A stretch of 53,767 bases of DNA from Leptospirales bacterium (GTDB taxonomy: Bacteria; Spirochaetota; Leptospiria; Turneriellales; JAOUFE01). Both the position numbers and the translations under genes were made by a program. The DNA lies in the NCBI GenBank assembly GCA_040326155.1, contig JBEQLE010000006.1, positions 36,569 to 90,335 of the forward strand. Direction: 5' to 3'. The notes under the pieces were generated by a model. The model did not search any database, had not been told where the DNA came from, and worked only from the letters and a program-made list of their open reading frames with translations. Positions 1 to 10,125 of the stretch are shown in pieces (positions within the stretch are counted from its first letter, which is position 1; the number at the start of each line of letters is the position of its first letter).

Positions 1-1471
1 CTGGAATTTGCGGAATCAATTCGTTGCGAATAGAGTATAACGTTTTCGCAAGAAAAACATTTTGTAAGTGGCGATTTAGCTTATGCTCCCAGCCAATTAA
101 GTGATTATACAAATCAAATTCAAAATCTTTTAAAGCGGAATTTCTGTGAAGTTTTTTTGCAAGAGCTTCTGGAAATGAAATATCATATAGTAAAAATACG
201 ATAGAAGATAAAACCCTGCTGATTTCAGTGTGAACTTTTACGCCTTTTAATTGAAATTGCTCTGCAAGCCGTTCGGCAACCGAATCGTCATAATCGGACA
301 ATGGCCACAATAGCAACAATTGAAAACGAACCGGTCCTCCCGCTGACTGTATTAACAACATACTTTCTACTTTCATTCGCGCATTGTATACGAGTTCACT
401 GAAACTTAAAAACATGTCTAACGGAGTAATAAGACGATAATCGAGCGGAAGCAGGTTTGCCACATGCAAAAAGTCTGCAAACTCAATTTGTGATTCCACA
501 TTTTTTAACCGGGTATTCACAATTTTCAACTTTTCTTTTAAATATGGAATATCGGCCGTACTTGTAGTCTCCGCTTTTCGAGTGAAGAGTCCGGCAATAA
601 GGTTTTCCCCAATCTGAATAACAAAAATGTTACCTTTTCTATTTATATATTCAATGATTTCGGAACGATAAAAACTTAACGTCTCTTTAGCTTCAGGAAG
701 TTCATTTTCTACACGTTCGGCAAATTGGGGCGATTTAAACATTCCCAGATTTTTTTTCGCAGTTTTTAACCCAAAGAAAATGAAATTATCCAGGCAGAGC
801 CAGTCGAGCAATTCTCGCTCTTCCCCGCCAAAAGGAAGGTCATAAATCTGTGACTTCATCTCTCCAAAGTCGTTCGTTAAAAAAGCCAGATTTTCAAACA
901 AAGCAAGAATTTCCTGCTTTAATAATTCTACATCTAGTTTTTCCGTATAATCAATAATAATATAGGCGTGAAATTCATCGGAATACTCTTCTTTTCCATT
1001 TTCGGATATACTGAAACTGGTAAGTTTGTGTTGAGATCGGTTTACTCGATACAACGTATATATATAAGTTTTAATTCTATAGTTTCGCGAATGAATAAAA
1101 TCCATTAAACTATCTTTCAGAAATTTAGCGTCTGGAATAATAAGTTCAATAACGTGAGCGTTTGGTATCCAGAATTCGTCTGGAGTTTTGCGTATCTCGA
1201 CTTTCCCGGTGTATTCTTCTTCTTTTTTACTCTTTGCTTCGGTTGAATATATAAATTCAAAACGATTGAACAAAAATTGTGCCAGATCTTCTTCAGCTAG
1301 AAAATTCAGGTACTCTTTCGGAACTCGCGATGAGTACAAACGGACAAACTCTGAAAGAAGGTCTGTTTTGACACCCGGGTAGGCATCATTCACTTTTTTC
1401 TTAAGTAGTATTTCAACTTCTTCGAAAAGTTTTGCTTTGTTTTTGGTTGTGGTTGTTTTATTAATATTCAT
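1..1471 (-). CDS. Large NAD-specific glutamate dehydrogenase, N-terminal part (runs off the window start; absent from ORF track)
   Basis: Manual translation from ATG at 1471 (MNINKTTTTKNKAKLFEEVE...) gives motifs PDAKFLKDSL, LLDWLCLDNFIFFG and AGLFTRKAETTSTADIPYLKKK, which resemble the N-terminal region of large bacterial GDHs. Confidence 0.7.
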   Translation of the reverse strand, partial: MNINKTTTTKNKAKLFEEVEILLKKKVNDAYPGVKTDLLSEFVRLYSSRVPKEYLNFLAEEDLAQFLFNRFEFIYSTEAKSKKEEEYTGKVEIRKTPDEFWIPNAHVIELIIPDAKFLKDSLMDFIHSRNYRIKTYIYTLYRVNRSQHKLTSFSISENGKEEYSDEFHAYIIIDYTEKLDVELLKQEILALFENLAFLTNDFGEMKSQIYDLPFGGEERELLDWLCLDNFIFFGLKTAKKNLGMFKSPQFAERVENELPEAKETLSFYRSEIIEYINRKGNIFVIQIGENLIAGLFTRKAETTSTADIPYLKEKLKIVNTRLKNVESQIEFADFLHVANLLPLDYRLITPLDMFLSFSELVYNARMKVESMLLIQSAGGPVRFQLLLLWPLSDYDDSVAERLAEQFQLKGVKVHTEISRVLSSIVFLLYDISFPEALAKKLHRNSALKDFEFDLYNHLIGWEHKLNRHLQNVFLAKTLYSIRNELIPQIP

Positions 1472-1489
1472 AGATAAACTTGAGTTTCT

Positions 1490-2455
1490 TTATTCCTCTT
1501 TAATTAAGTCGATTACCAACTTTAATTTCTCTTTTTCATTATTCTTCAATGGGTTTTCGACTAAAATATGCATATCCTTATCTGTTTTAATAGAATGAAA
1601 CAAAGCAAAGGAGCCTTGTGGATAAGAGTTTTTATTCTGGAAATCGACGATCATCATAACAGGTATCCTCAGTTTATCAGTAAGGAAGACGGTGTCAAAG
1701 TATTTTAAGTTTTTTTCAATTTCTCGTTTTTTTGTTTTATGGTTTAATATATACTCTTTGATTTCTATTGCTGTTAAAGTTTTATTGTTATCTGAGACAT
1801 TAGAGTAGTTTGAATAGGAGGGTTCAAGCAACACAATTTTTTCGCCCCGTTGCATAAAATGATGAACAAACAGAGCCATCGCAGAGCCGTTCCCTTTCCC
1901 AAGTATAAATATTTTTTGCTTATCGATATTAATTTGCAACCGCAACGCTTCCATGGAGCGATACGCATCGAGATACAGGTGTCTAAGATAATAATCATTT
2001 TTATTTAATAAATTTTCTTTAAAATATCCGTAACTCGCTTGAGCCTCTTCTTTTGAAGTTGATTCTTCGCTATCTACACCTTCACTTTCTGCAATCCTCA
2101 TATTTTCTTCATGTCCGCGCAAACAAACAATAAATAGACTTAGCCCAGCGTCCGCATATTTCTCATATTCTTTTATATCTTCCATGTAATCAGGAAAAAC
2201 AATAAGTGTAGGAGTCTTTTTTAACAATTTTACTGGTGCTATAAGTTTTGCCGTTAAACGGTATTTATTGATACCTGTAAACTCTAAATCGATTATTTTT
2301 CGTGGTTTTTTAATACTGGTTTTTTTCGATACAACTTTTAATTCCAACGGAATTTTTTTAAGCTTTTGAAGTTCACTTTTCCAGAATTTTTCCCAATCAA
2401 GAGGTTTTTCACCTGCAATTGGTTTCGTTTGAAAATATGTATCGAAATCAGTCAT
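1490..2455 (-). CDS. Acetyl xylan esterase (AXE1/CE7)-like alpha/beta hydrolase, possibly inactive
   Basis: DFDTYF..FW N-terminus, LRGH and YYLRHLYLDAYRS motifs; nucleophile elbow reads GKGNG. Confidence 0.7.
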   Translation of the reverse strand: MTDFDTYFQTKPIAGEKPLDWEKFWKSELQKLKKIPLELKVVSKKTSIKKPRKIIDLEFTGINKYRLTAKLIAPVKLLKKTPTLIVFPDYMEDIKEYEKYADAGLSLFIVCLRGHEENMRIAESEGVDSEESTSKEEAQASYGYFKENLLNKNDYYLRHLYLDAYRSMEALRLQINIDKQKIFILGKGNGSAMALFVHHFMQRGEKIVLLEPSYSNYSNVSDNNKTLTAIEIKEYILNHKTKKREIEKNLKYFDTVFLTDKLRIPVMMIVDFQNKNSYPQGSFALFHSIKTDKDMHILVENPLKNNEKEKLKLVIDLIKEE

Positions 2456-2473
2456 AGTTTTCTTTTTCGGTGT

Positions 2474-3385
2474 TTATGCTTTATTTAAACAGTGCAGTAA
2501 AACCGCTTTAACGGAGTGCAGTCTATTTTCAGCCTGGTCAAAAATACGAGAACGGTCAGATTCGAACACCTCTTCTGTTATTTCTTCCCCTTTATTTGCA
2601 GGAAGGCAATGTAAGATAAAAGGTTTTTTATCGGCTTTGTTATAGAGCTCTTTATTGAGCTGGTAAGGTTGTAAGTCACGTTTTCGAACCTCGGTTTGGC
2701 TTTCATCACCCATGGAGACCCAGACATCTGTATAAACTGCGTCGCAATCGGAAATTGCCTTTTCCGGATTTGTTTCCAGAATTATTTTCCCATTTAATTT
2801 TTCAACGGAAGTTAAAAATTCACGATCTGGCATATACTTTTCAGGAGAACACATTACAACGGTTAAACCGCTAAGGGCTGCCCCTATAGCCATACTGCGA
2901 CTGACATTATTATTCGTATCGCCAATAAAACATAGTTTAGTTTTGCTTAATATTAATCCATTCTCTTTTAAAGTCGCAAGATCGGCAATAATTTGAAGTG
3001 GATGAAACAAATCGGACAATCCGTTAATTACGGGGATATCGCTAAAACGTGCTAATTGCTCCAGCGTTTTATGAGACTTGGTGCGTATTACAAGTGCGTC
3101 TAAATATCGAGAAAATACTCGAGCCGTATCGGGTATGCTTTCGCCTCGGCTTAATTGAATATCTTGAGAATTGAGATAAATTGCATTTCCACCCAGTTGA
3201 GAAATTCCAACTTCCAGTGAAATTCGGGTACGCGTAGAAGGTTTTTCAAATAAAATTCCAATTTGCGTAGATGCTAGTTTGTCGGAAACGAGATTCGGGC
3301 TGTTTTTAATGCGGATCGTTGTATCGATTATACCGCGAAGGGTTTCGGCGCCAATATCCGTTAGGGTGAGTAAATGTCTGTTCAT
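2474..3385 (-). CDS. argF: Ornithine carbamoyltransferase
   Basis: FEKPSTRTR, HPLQ, DVWVSMG, HCLP and QAENRLH motifs; start placed at MNRHLL. Confidence 0.96.
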   Translation of the reverse strand: MNRHLLTLTDIGAETLRGIIDTTIRIKNSPNLVSDKLASTQIGILFEKPSTRTRISLEVGISQLGGNAIYLNSQDIQLSRGESIPDTARVFSRYLDALVIRTKSHKTLEQLARFSDIPVINGLSDLFHPLQIIADLATLKENGLILSKTKLCFIGDTNNNVSRSMAIGAALSGLTVVMCSPEKYMPDREFLTSVEKLNGKIILETNPEKAISDCDAVYTDVWVSMGDESQTEVRKRDLQPYQLNKELYNKADKKPFILHCLPANKGEEITEEVFESDRSRIFDQAENRLHSVKAVLLHCLNKA

Positions 3386-3386
3386 A

Positions 3387-4028
3387 TCAGGAAAGCGTTC
3401 GATAAACCACAATGGCCTCAAGCTTCAAACTGTCGTGTATTTTTTTATACAACGGCTCAAGAACTGTTTTATCTTTCGTCTTTCCTGCGTAAACAAGCCA
3501 AAATCGAATGCCTCTTTCGACTCTTGCTTGTACACCTTGTTTACTCAGCTCTTCTGCATACCGTTTCGCGTCGGTTTCACGTTTATAGGCGCCAAGTTGT
3601 ATTGTATAATACTTATTTGTTGATTTGGAACTTTCATTCACTGTTCTCGGTGTGTTCGATGTAGCCGGTTTGTCGATCTGAGTGGTTTGGGTGCTTTGGG
3701 TGCTGTTTTGTCGAGTTACCGGACGTGGCGGCGCATCGAGAAAGGGATCTTCCTGGGTACGTAATGCTGGTTTATCAGGCTTTGAATTTGGTATGGCAAC
3801 GTTGAGTTCGCCGATTGGTTCAAGAGGAGTAAGCTCGACATAGTTTGAACCTGTATCATTTGCGCTGTTTTGAGAACCCATTATACTATTAAAATCTTCA
3901 TAGGCAGTATAACCGGAGCTTTTTTGCATACTTCCGGCGTAAAAAGCGGCTCCCACAACTGACAAAATTGCGCCCATCAGAATAAGTATTCTTTTTTTAT
4001 CGAGATTTACTACATAGACTTTTTTCAT
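3387..4028 (-). CDS. SPOR domain-containing membrane protein
   Basis: N-terminal TM helix, low-complexity linker, C-terminal YTIQLGAY SPOR motif; ATGA overlap with the coaE stop. Confidence 0.8.
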   Translation of the reverse strand: MKKVYVVNLDKKRILILMGAILSVVGAAFYAGSMQKSSGYTAYEDFNSIMGSQNSANDTGSNYVELTPLEPIGELNVAIPNSKPDKPALRTQEDPFLDAPPRPVTRQNSTQSTQTTQIDKPATSNTPRTVNESSKSTNKYYTIQLGAYKRETDAKRYAEELSKQGVQARVERGIRFWLVYAGKTKDKTVLEPLYKKIHDSLKLEAIVVYRTLS

Positions 4029-4690
4029 TTTGTCTTCCATTTTAACAGCCATAACCAAAGCGGGTCCATCTGTGCTTTTAATTGCTCTAGGTTTTCCCGG
4101 TTATCTATCACATAATCGGCCATTTCCTTCTTTTTTTCAATTGAAATTTGTTTTTTTAACCTTTTTTCTACCTGCATTCTGGTTAATTTGGTTCTTGCTA
4201 AAGCGCGCGCGATTGCTATTTCTTCAGGAACATACACTACAATAACTTTTTTAACAAGTTTTTCTATCTTTATTTCATATAATAGGGGAACATCATATAC
4301 AATCATTTTATTTGCGGGGGTTTGGTCGACTGCTTCACGAAACTGTACCCCCACTTCCCGATGAATAATTGTATTTAATATTGATAACGCGTTTTCGTCT
4401 TCAAATACCAGGCGAGCTGTATTAGCCCTGTTCAAGTTTTCTCCATCGAAAATCGATTCTCCGTATCGTTGCTGGCTTAAGGGTTCAAGCTGTTCGGTTA
4501 GATTATTTCTTACCCGATCGTAACCTTCGTATTCGGGAGTTGTAGCATATCGGGCCAGTTCATCTGCGCGAACCAGAATCGCCCCTTTGTCTTCGAGCAT
4601 AGCAGCCACAGTTGTTTTACCCGAACCCATAATTCCAGTTAAACCGAAAACTCGATGATATGGCGGGCTCTCTATTGATTTTAAATGCAT
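4025..4690 (-). CDS. coaE: Dephospho-CoA kinase
   Basis: GLTGIMGSGKTT P-loop, DVPLLYE, ADYVIDN. Confidence 0.95.
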   Translation of the reverse strand: MHLKSIESPPYHRVFGLTGIMGSGKTTVAAMLEDKGAILVRADELARYATTPEYEGYDRVRNNLTEQLEPLSQQRYGESIFDGENLNRANTARLVFEDENALSILNTIIHREVGVQFREAVDQTPANKMIVYDVPLLYEIKIEKLVKKVIVVYVPEEIAIARALARTKLTRMQVEKRLKKQISIEKKKEMADYVIDNRENLEQLKAQMDPLWLWLLKWKTK

Positions 4691-4846
4691 AATATGATTA
4701 TCCCTTTTAATTATGATCTAGCGATGATCAACCTTACTTTCAACGTATTTGCGTCTATTTATGGGTAGTCGTCTTTTTTTTCAAAATATGAGGAAATTTA
4801 CAACATTTGCTTGTCATATTGTAAAGTTTTATTAATTTCGCTACGT

Positions 4847-6613
4847 ATGTCACCTAAATATGAATTCGATGAGACGCGCGATGCAATCGGCGCCGATAAA
4901 CTTCAAGATAATGAACGCAAGGCTATGTTGGACAAATTCCAGCAGGGTGGCGGTCAAGTTATGAGCGAGCGGGAATTAAAGCAACAAAAGGCCGAAAGAA
5001 ATCGGGATAAGAATCGTAGCGAAGGCGATGCAAAGCGTCGAAAAGCGGGTGGCTCCAAAGGTGGCAGTAGCCGAGGCGGAAAAGGCGGCGGTTATGGTGC
5101 GGTTGATAAGAAACCGGTTGCGCCGGAAAAGGCATACCAGGGAAATTTTACAAACTTTATTTTAAAATTTAGATCGATGGTTGCCGGACTCACTGCTTTC
5201 GGAGGAGAAACCGCAAAACCGGCTTTTTTCTCTTTTCTCGGACTCGAAGTAAAACAGGCTCTGGTTGAGTTTAACCTATTAGGTAATGACCTCTTTTTAC
5301 AAGATCGGGAAATCGGCAAGAAAATGGCTCGCAGTCTTGACAATAAAAGTCCAATTTTAATGGAAGTGCTCGAACGAATGCATTCCGTATTTGACTCGAA
5401 AGAATTCAATAAATTAATTGAGTTTAACCAATCGAACCCTAAAGCGATGATTCCCTTTGGAGTTATTGACGAATCCATTAAATTACTCTATAAAAGACTT
5501 TATTATTTATATCCATATCAGGAGACCTTAAAAAAAGCATTTTTATATGCAGTTGAAATGTATAAAAAGGAAAGTACCGACAGTAATGAAAAATCTTTGC
5601 TCGATCAAAAGAAGAAAAGGTTTATGCGTGATGTTAAAACCGTATTTGTCGATGCCTTCCCGAAACTGTTTCTATTGATATGTCGAATGGATAAGACTGA
5701 ATATCCACCTTTTTCCGTTTTGCTTGAAAAAGCGATTAACGTAGACCAGGAACAAAAGCTGGGTAAAAGATCAACCGGTGAAAGTTCAGCTCTGGCTTCG
5801 GGCATAAGTGGTTTCGATGAAGAAGGTGAAAACAGTGAAACCGATGAGGAGACAGAAGAGAAAGAAGAAGAGGAAGTAAAAGAAAATCCTATTTTACAGA
5901 CCAAAGAGTATCAATACGGAATGAAGTTGATGAATTCTCGCGCTTTAAAAGATGTTCAAACTGTTCATGACCCCAAAAGTCATTTCTCTTTTTTGAATTT
6001 TAATGATAAAGCATACCTTGCCTACTTGTTCTTTATGGAGTTTGATACCGAGATGTCTTTTGTACTTACTACAAATAAAATTCAACTGAATGTCGATTAT
6101 TCGGGTGGAACAAAAGTCGATTATAAAGAAACTTTAAACGATATTTATGACGAATCGAGAAATATTATTCAAAATTTTGAAAAATACGCTGAAACTCGCG
6201 AAGAAGCGACACGCCTTGAAAAGCAACAAGGGGGCAATGCCAATTATGTCGAGCAATCTCAAAGAAAGGAAAAAGCGAAAACGAGAATGGACATGGAAGG
6301 AAGAAATACTCGCGGGACCATTCAGTCGTATATGGATAGAGTTACCAGAACGCTGGCCATTCTAATTGCCGATATGAAAGGTGAAAAAAAGATTGTGGAT
6401 AACATGGACGAGGCTCTCAATTTCGATTCGGAACTCGAAGGGTCCAAACGGCTGAACGGACAGGCTGTAAAACAGTGTATTCTGGAAGCCTACTGCTTCT
6501 CGCTTGCTTTAAGTTACCGTCTCTCTGAAGGCGATCTTTTTGGAGGCATTCTGGAAATGACCGACGAAGAGATGGTAAGTTCTTTTGGTAAAACTTACGC
6601 TTCGGGTTCATGA
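4847..6613 (+). CDS. Hypothetical protein (largely helical, acidic tract)
   Basis: Long ORF overlapping the kdsB start (ATGA); no recognisable motif. Confidence 0.75.
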   Translation: MSPKYEFDETRDAIGADKLQDNERKAMLDKFQQGGGQVMSERELKQQKAERNRDKNRSEGDAKRRKAGGSKGGSSRGGKGGGYGAVDKKPVAPEKAYQGNFTNFILKFRSMVAGLTAFGGETAKPAFFSFLGLEVKQALVEFNLLGNDLFLQDREIGKKMARSLDNKSPILMEVLERMHSVFDSKEFNKLIEFNQSNPKAMIPFGVIDESIKLLYKRLYYLYPYQETLKKAFLYAVEMYKKESTDSNEKSLLDQKKKRFMRDVKTVFVDAFPKLFLLICRMDKTEYPPFSVLLEKAINVDQEQKLGKRSTGESSALASGISGFDEEGENSETDEETEEKEEEEVKENPILQTKEYQYGMKLMNSRALKDVQTVHDPKSHFSFLNFNDKAYLAYLFFMEFDTEMSFVLTTNKIQLNVDYSGGTKVDYKETLNDIYDESRNIIQNFEKYAETREEATRLEKQQGGNANYVEQSQRKEKAKTRMDMEGRNTRGTIQSYMDRVTRTLAILIADMKGEKKIVDNMDEALNFDSELEGSKRLNGQAVKQCILEAYCFSLALSYRLSEGDLFGGILEMTDEEMVSSFGKTYASGS

Positions 6614-7362
6614 GCAAAAAAAACCTGGCTATTATACCTGCCCGTATGGGTTCTACCCGATTTCCCGGTAAACCTCTGGCGCAAATTGCCGGTAAGCCGA
6701 TGATTCAACGTGTCTATGAAAGAGTTTGCCTGGCAAATTCTCTGGATGAAATAATTGTAGCTACGGACTCCTCCGAGATTTTCACTGTGGTGGAAAATTT
6801 TGGCGCAAAAGTTGTCATGACCTCCCCCACTTGTCCAACCGGTTTAGACCGGGTTATAGAAGCTTCTACCTCTTATGACGAATATTCCCACGTTGTCAAT
6901 ATACAAGGCGATGAGCCGATTATAGATCCGGCGACTATTGACGGTGTTTTATCTTTATTTAAAGAACAACCGGGTTGTGAAATTTCTACGGCTGCAATCG
7001 CGTTTCAAACAGAAATTGACTTTAAAGATGAGAACCAGGTAAAAGTAGTTTTCGATAAAAACCGTAAGGCAATGTATTTTTCGAGATCTCCCATACCTTA
7101 TAATGGTTTTTCTAAAGATGCAAAAAACAGCAACGCCTTTAAACATCTTGGTATATATGCATATACAATGGATATTTTAAGAAAAATTAAACATTTAGCA
7201 CCCTGCACCATCGAGAATATGGAGAAACTGGAACAATTGAGGTTTCTTCATAACGGAATTTCACTCTATGTGTATGAAGCCAGACATGATAGCATTGGCG
7301 TCGATACTCCCGAAGACATAACAAAAGTTGAAAAACTCTTAAAGGAAATGGAATTAAACTGA
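6610..7362 (+). CDS. kdsB: 3-deoxy-manno-octulosonate cytidylyltransferase
   Basis: IPARMGSTRFPGKPL, NIQGDEP, YFSRSPIP, EKLEQLR, GVDTPED. Confidence 0.96.
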   Translation: MSKKNLAIIPARMGSTRFPGKPLAQIAGKPMIQRVYERVCLANSLDEIIVATDSSEIFTVVENFGAKVVMTSPTCPTGLDRVIEASTSYDEYSHVVNIQGDEPIIDPATIDGVLSLFKEQPGCEISTAAIAFQTEIDFKDENQVKVVFDKNRKAMYFSRSPIPYNGFSKDAKNSNAFKHLGIYAYTMDILRKIKHLAPCTIENMEKLEQLRFLHNGISLYVYEARHDSIGVDTPEDITKVEKLLKEMELN

Positions 7363-7364
7363 CC

Positions 7365-8528
7365 ATGGAAATAAATTGGAAAAAAATATCTAGCGAGTTT
7401 CCGATCAACCGTAAAAAGATATGGCTGAATAACTGTGGGGTCTGCCCGCCACCCGATTTTGTAAGTAAACGAATGAAAGCTTATCTCGATGACTACGCGC
7501 AAGAGCTGTTTTTATCTCAAAATTTTAATTATGCCAAAGCCAAAGCAAACATAACCAGTCATCTTTGCAAGTTAATTGGCTGCCAACCTATGGAAGTAAC
7601 TCTGTTGCATAATACCGCTGAAGGCATGAATAATATTGCCCAGGGCCTTGATTTTAACAAAGACGATGTCATTCTAATTGTGGAAGATGAATATCCGAGT
7701 AATGTGTATCCATGGGCCCGTTTGTATAAACAAAAAGGGGTGTTGGTAAAATTTGTACCCATTGAAAGAGACCCTGAAAGTTTTTTAAAGGGACTGGAAA
7801 AGACGATCGATGAAAACAAGAAGAAAAATATTCGCCTCCTTTCCATTTCCGGAACTCACTGGATTACAGGGATGCCTTTCCCCCTTGAAAAAATAGGCCA
7901 ACTCTGTGCGCAGCATAATATCTTTTTCTGTGTCGATGGAGCGCAACTTGTGGGTATGTCTCCTGTGGATGTAAAAAAAATGAAAATAGACTTTATGGCT
8001 TTTTCTGCCTGGAAGTGGTTAATGGGTCCGCTTGGCCTGGGCGCTTTTTACATTAGCGAAAAATTTTATAACGCCATTGAACCCACGTTTATCGGTACCA
8101 GCAGCGTCGTTGACGAGTTAAACCATTTTCCGTATCGTAATAAATTGAAAGATGGCGCCGACAAATTTAGTTTTTCTACCCCGTCTCTGAACGACTGGAT
8201 TCATTTCGACGCTTCACTCGAATACCTGGACAACATTGGCTGGCCGAATATTCAAACCCGTATATATAAATTAGCAGAAATTCTGAAAGAACAATTGATT
8301 GACCTCGGCATGACCCTGCCCTCCGAACGATTTGCCGATTACAATACCGGAATTATCTCAGCAAAAACACCTGCTCTACTCAACACAAAAATAGTAGAAG
8401 CCCTGGAAAAAGAAAATATCTACACCTCAGCGCGAAAAGAGTATGTACGGTTTTCCCCGCATATAAGTAACACGGAAGATCAACTGGCGATAGCTGTTGG
8501 CAAACTTGGCGAAATTATAAAGAGCTGA
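7365..8528 (+). CDS. Aminotransferase class V / cysteine desulfurase-like PLP enzyme
   Basis: HNTAEG, VDGAQ, FSAWKWLMGPLG (PLP lysine), RFSPH. Confidence 0.88.
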   Translation: MEINWKKISSEFPINRKKIWLNNCGVCPPPDFVSKRMKAYLDDYAQELFLSQNFNYAKAKANITSHLCKLIGCQPMEVTLLHNTAEGMNNIAQGLDFNKDDVILIVEDEYPSNVYPWARLYKQKGVLVKFVPIERDPESFLKGLEKTIDENKKKNIRLLSISGTHWITGMPFPLEKIGQLCAQHNIFFCVDGAQLVGMSPVDVKKMKIDFMAFSAWKWLMGPLGLGAFYISEKFYNAIEPTFIGTSSVVDELNHFPYRNKLKDGADKFSFSTPSLNDWIHFDASLEYLDNIGWPNIQTRIYKLAEILKEQLIDLGMTLPSERFADYNTGIISAKTPALLNTKIVEALEKENIYTSARKEYVRFSPHISNTEDQLAIAVGKLGEIIKS

Positions 8529-8530
8529 TT

Positions 8531-8695
8531 ATAAGGAAAGCAGGAATTGACGATAAGGAAGGCAGGAATTATAGGGAGAAGAAGAGAAGAGTATTAGACA
8601 GGATTTACATGATTAACAGGTTAAGAGAAGATTAGTGAATTGAATCAAAAGTGATATTATGATTTTGAACGTAGTTATTCTCTCAAATTATGTTA
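8531..8695. repeat. Left half of dispersed inverted-repeat element (AAGGAAGGCAGGAA arm in two copies, plus GACAGGATTTACATGATTAACAGG 9-mer array)
   Basis: Inverted match to 10283-10359; homologous to 18612-18842 and 28192-28368. Confidence 0.85.
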
Positions 8696-8844
8696 TCGGC
8701 AATAAACGCGCGTTAATACTCGAACTCGCACGTCGTGTGCTCTCAATCTAAAAGAAATATATTTGACATTATATTTTAACTATAAAGACTTCCGTATATG
8801 AAAGTAATCCAACTTAATATATTGAACAACCTTATATTAAAATG

Positions 8845-10037
8845 TTAGCATTGTGCAGGTAGATAAATGAAGTTTACTGCCTTACCTGTAAATGTAGGCG
8901 ATTCATTTTTAATAAGAACTGAAAACTATGTGGTTCTTGTTGACGGGGGCATGAATAAACAACATATACTAAAGTTACTACGCCAAGAAAAAATCCCGAA
9001 TAATCATATTGATTTACTTATTTGCACTCATTACGACGCAGACCACATAAATGGCATAATCGGAATTCTTAAATCACAAAAATACTCATTTAAAGAACTT
9101 TGGTTGCCCGAAATATTAGGTTCAATTGGCTACACTTTGTCAAAAAATATTGGAGAGTTATTTGGCGATCCCAGAAACTATAATTTTTCAATTGAGAAAT
9201 ATCAAACGAATAGCCATTCAGTATTTGACAGATATGAAAGTGAAGAAATAAACGAGGTGTCATCTAGTAATAATTCATTTGAGAAAATTGATAATGACGT
9301 GCTAAGTGGTATTGGCAAAGCCTTCTTTCCTTGGTATGATGAATTATTTTGGAACTTTAATAAAATCAATACAACATCACAATATAAGATGATATCTAGT
9401 GCTAAATCAGTTGCGTCTTTGGTTAGTAATTCTCTAAGTTCAGGTGCATATATAAGGTGGTTTAAATATCAAAACAAAGAAACTCACAAAACATACGGAT
9501 TTAATATGTATTGTGAGAATTCCCTTCAAACAGATATTACTCTTTTTGACAGGGAATTATTCTTCTTAGCTTTATATGAAATATCTTTATCCAAAATCAA
9601 CAAATATAGTCTTGTTTACATGCATAGAAAAGATGAGATTCCAGATGTTCTATTTACGGCAGATTCTGATTTAAACTTTTACTCAAATAAAGTGGCCTTA
9701 AAAAATAACTCAATTATCACTTCTCCACACCATGGTTCATCTGCAAATGATCTGGCATACGCGAAGATTACTGGTGCTAATTTAACATATGTTCGTAGTG
9801 ATAGAAGCCAACAAAACAGACCCGGGAAAGGGTATTTAAATAATCAAAATAAATTTTGCACGATCTGTAGAAATATTACTCAAAAGCAAAAAATAGAATT
9901 TGATTTTAATGGCACAATATTTACCACTAGTGCCAGAGTATGTAACTGCTAACAATTAGCTCCAGTGGACAATTGCAAGCAGTATGTTTTTGAAAACGCT
10001 CAATAAATGTTGCTTTGAATTGCCGTTGAGCAAGGCG
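8845..10037 (+). mobile_element. Integron-type gene cassette carrying the MBL-fold gene
   Basis: Begins at G|TTAGCA (8844-8850), the exact reverse complement of R'' TGCTAAC (9947-9953) that overlaps the stop codon; ends at G|TTAAAA. Confidence 0.85.
8867..9952 (+). CDS. ComEC/Rec2-like metallo-beta-lactamase-fold hydrolase
   Basis: VGDS, LVDGG, THYDADHING, LFTADS and PHHGS motifs; visibly more AT-rich than neighbouring genes. Confidence 0.88.
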   Translation: MKFTALPVNVGDSFLIRTENYVVLVDGGMNKQHILKLLRQEKIPNNHIDLLICTHYDADHINGIIGILKSQKYSFKELWLPEILGSIGYTLSKNIGELFGDPRNYNFSIEKYQTNSHSVFDRYESEEINEVSSSNNSFEKIDNDVLSGIGKAFFPWYDELFWNFNKINTTSQYKMISSAKSVASLVSNSLSSGAYIRWFKYQNKETHKTYGFNMYCENSLQTDITLFDRELFFLALYEISLSKINKYSLVYMHRKDEIPDVLFTADSDLNFYSNKVALKNNSIITSPHHGSSANDLAYAKITGANLTYVRSDRSQQNRPGKGYLNNQNKFCTICRNITQKQKIEFDFNGTIFTTSARVCNC

Positions 10038-10043
10038 TTAAAA
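9947..10043 (+). other. attC recombination site (97 bp)
   Basis: R'' TGCTAAC, 5-nt spacer, GCTCCAGTGGACAATT ... AATTGCCGTTGAGC, 5-nt spacer, R' GTTAAAA; unpaired C and A on the top strand correspond to extrahelical G and T on the bottom strand. Confidence 0.88.
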
Positions 10044-10125
10044 ATGTGAAATAAGTGTCTTATTGCTTCATAGAAACTTCTTCGGCGTCCCTGCCTCATC
10101 AGTGTTTGATTTAATTAGCGTTTAC

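Noticed and set aside
8531..8622. Repeats as a possible CRISPR array
   Set aside because: No regular repeat-spacer periodicity and no cas genes; the repeats are inverted and dispersed.
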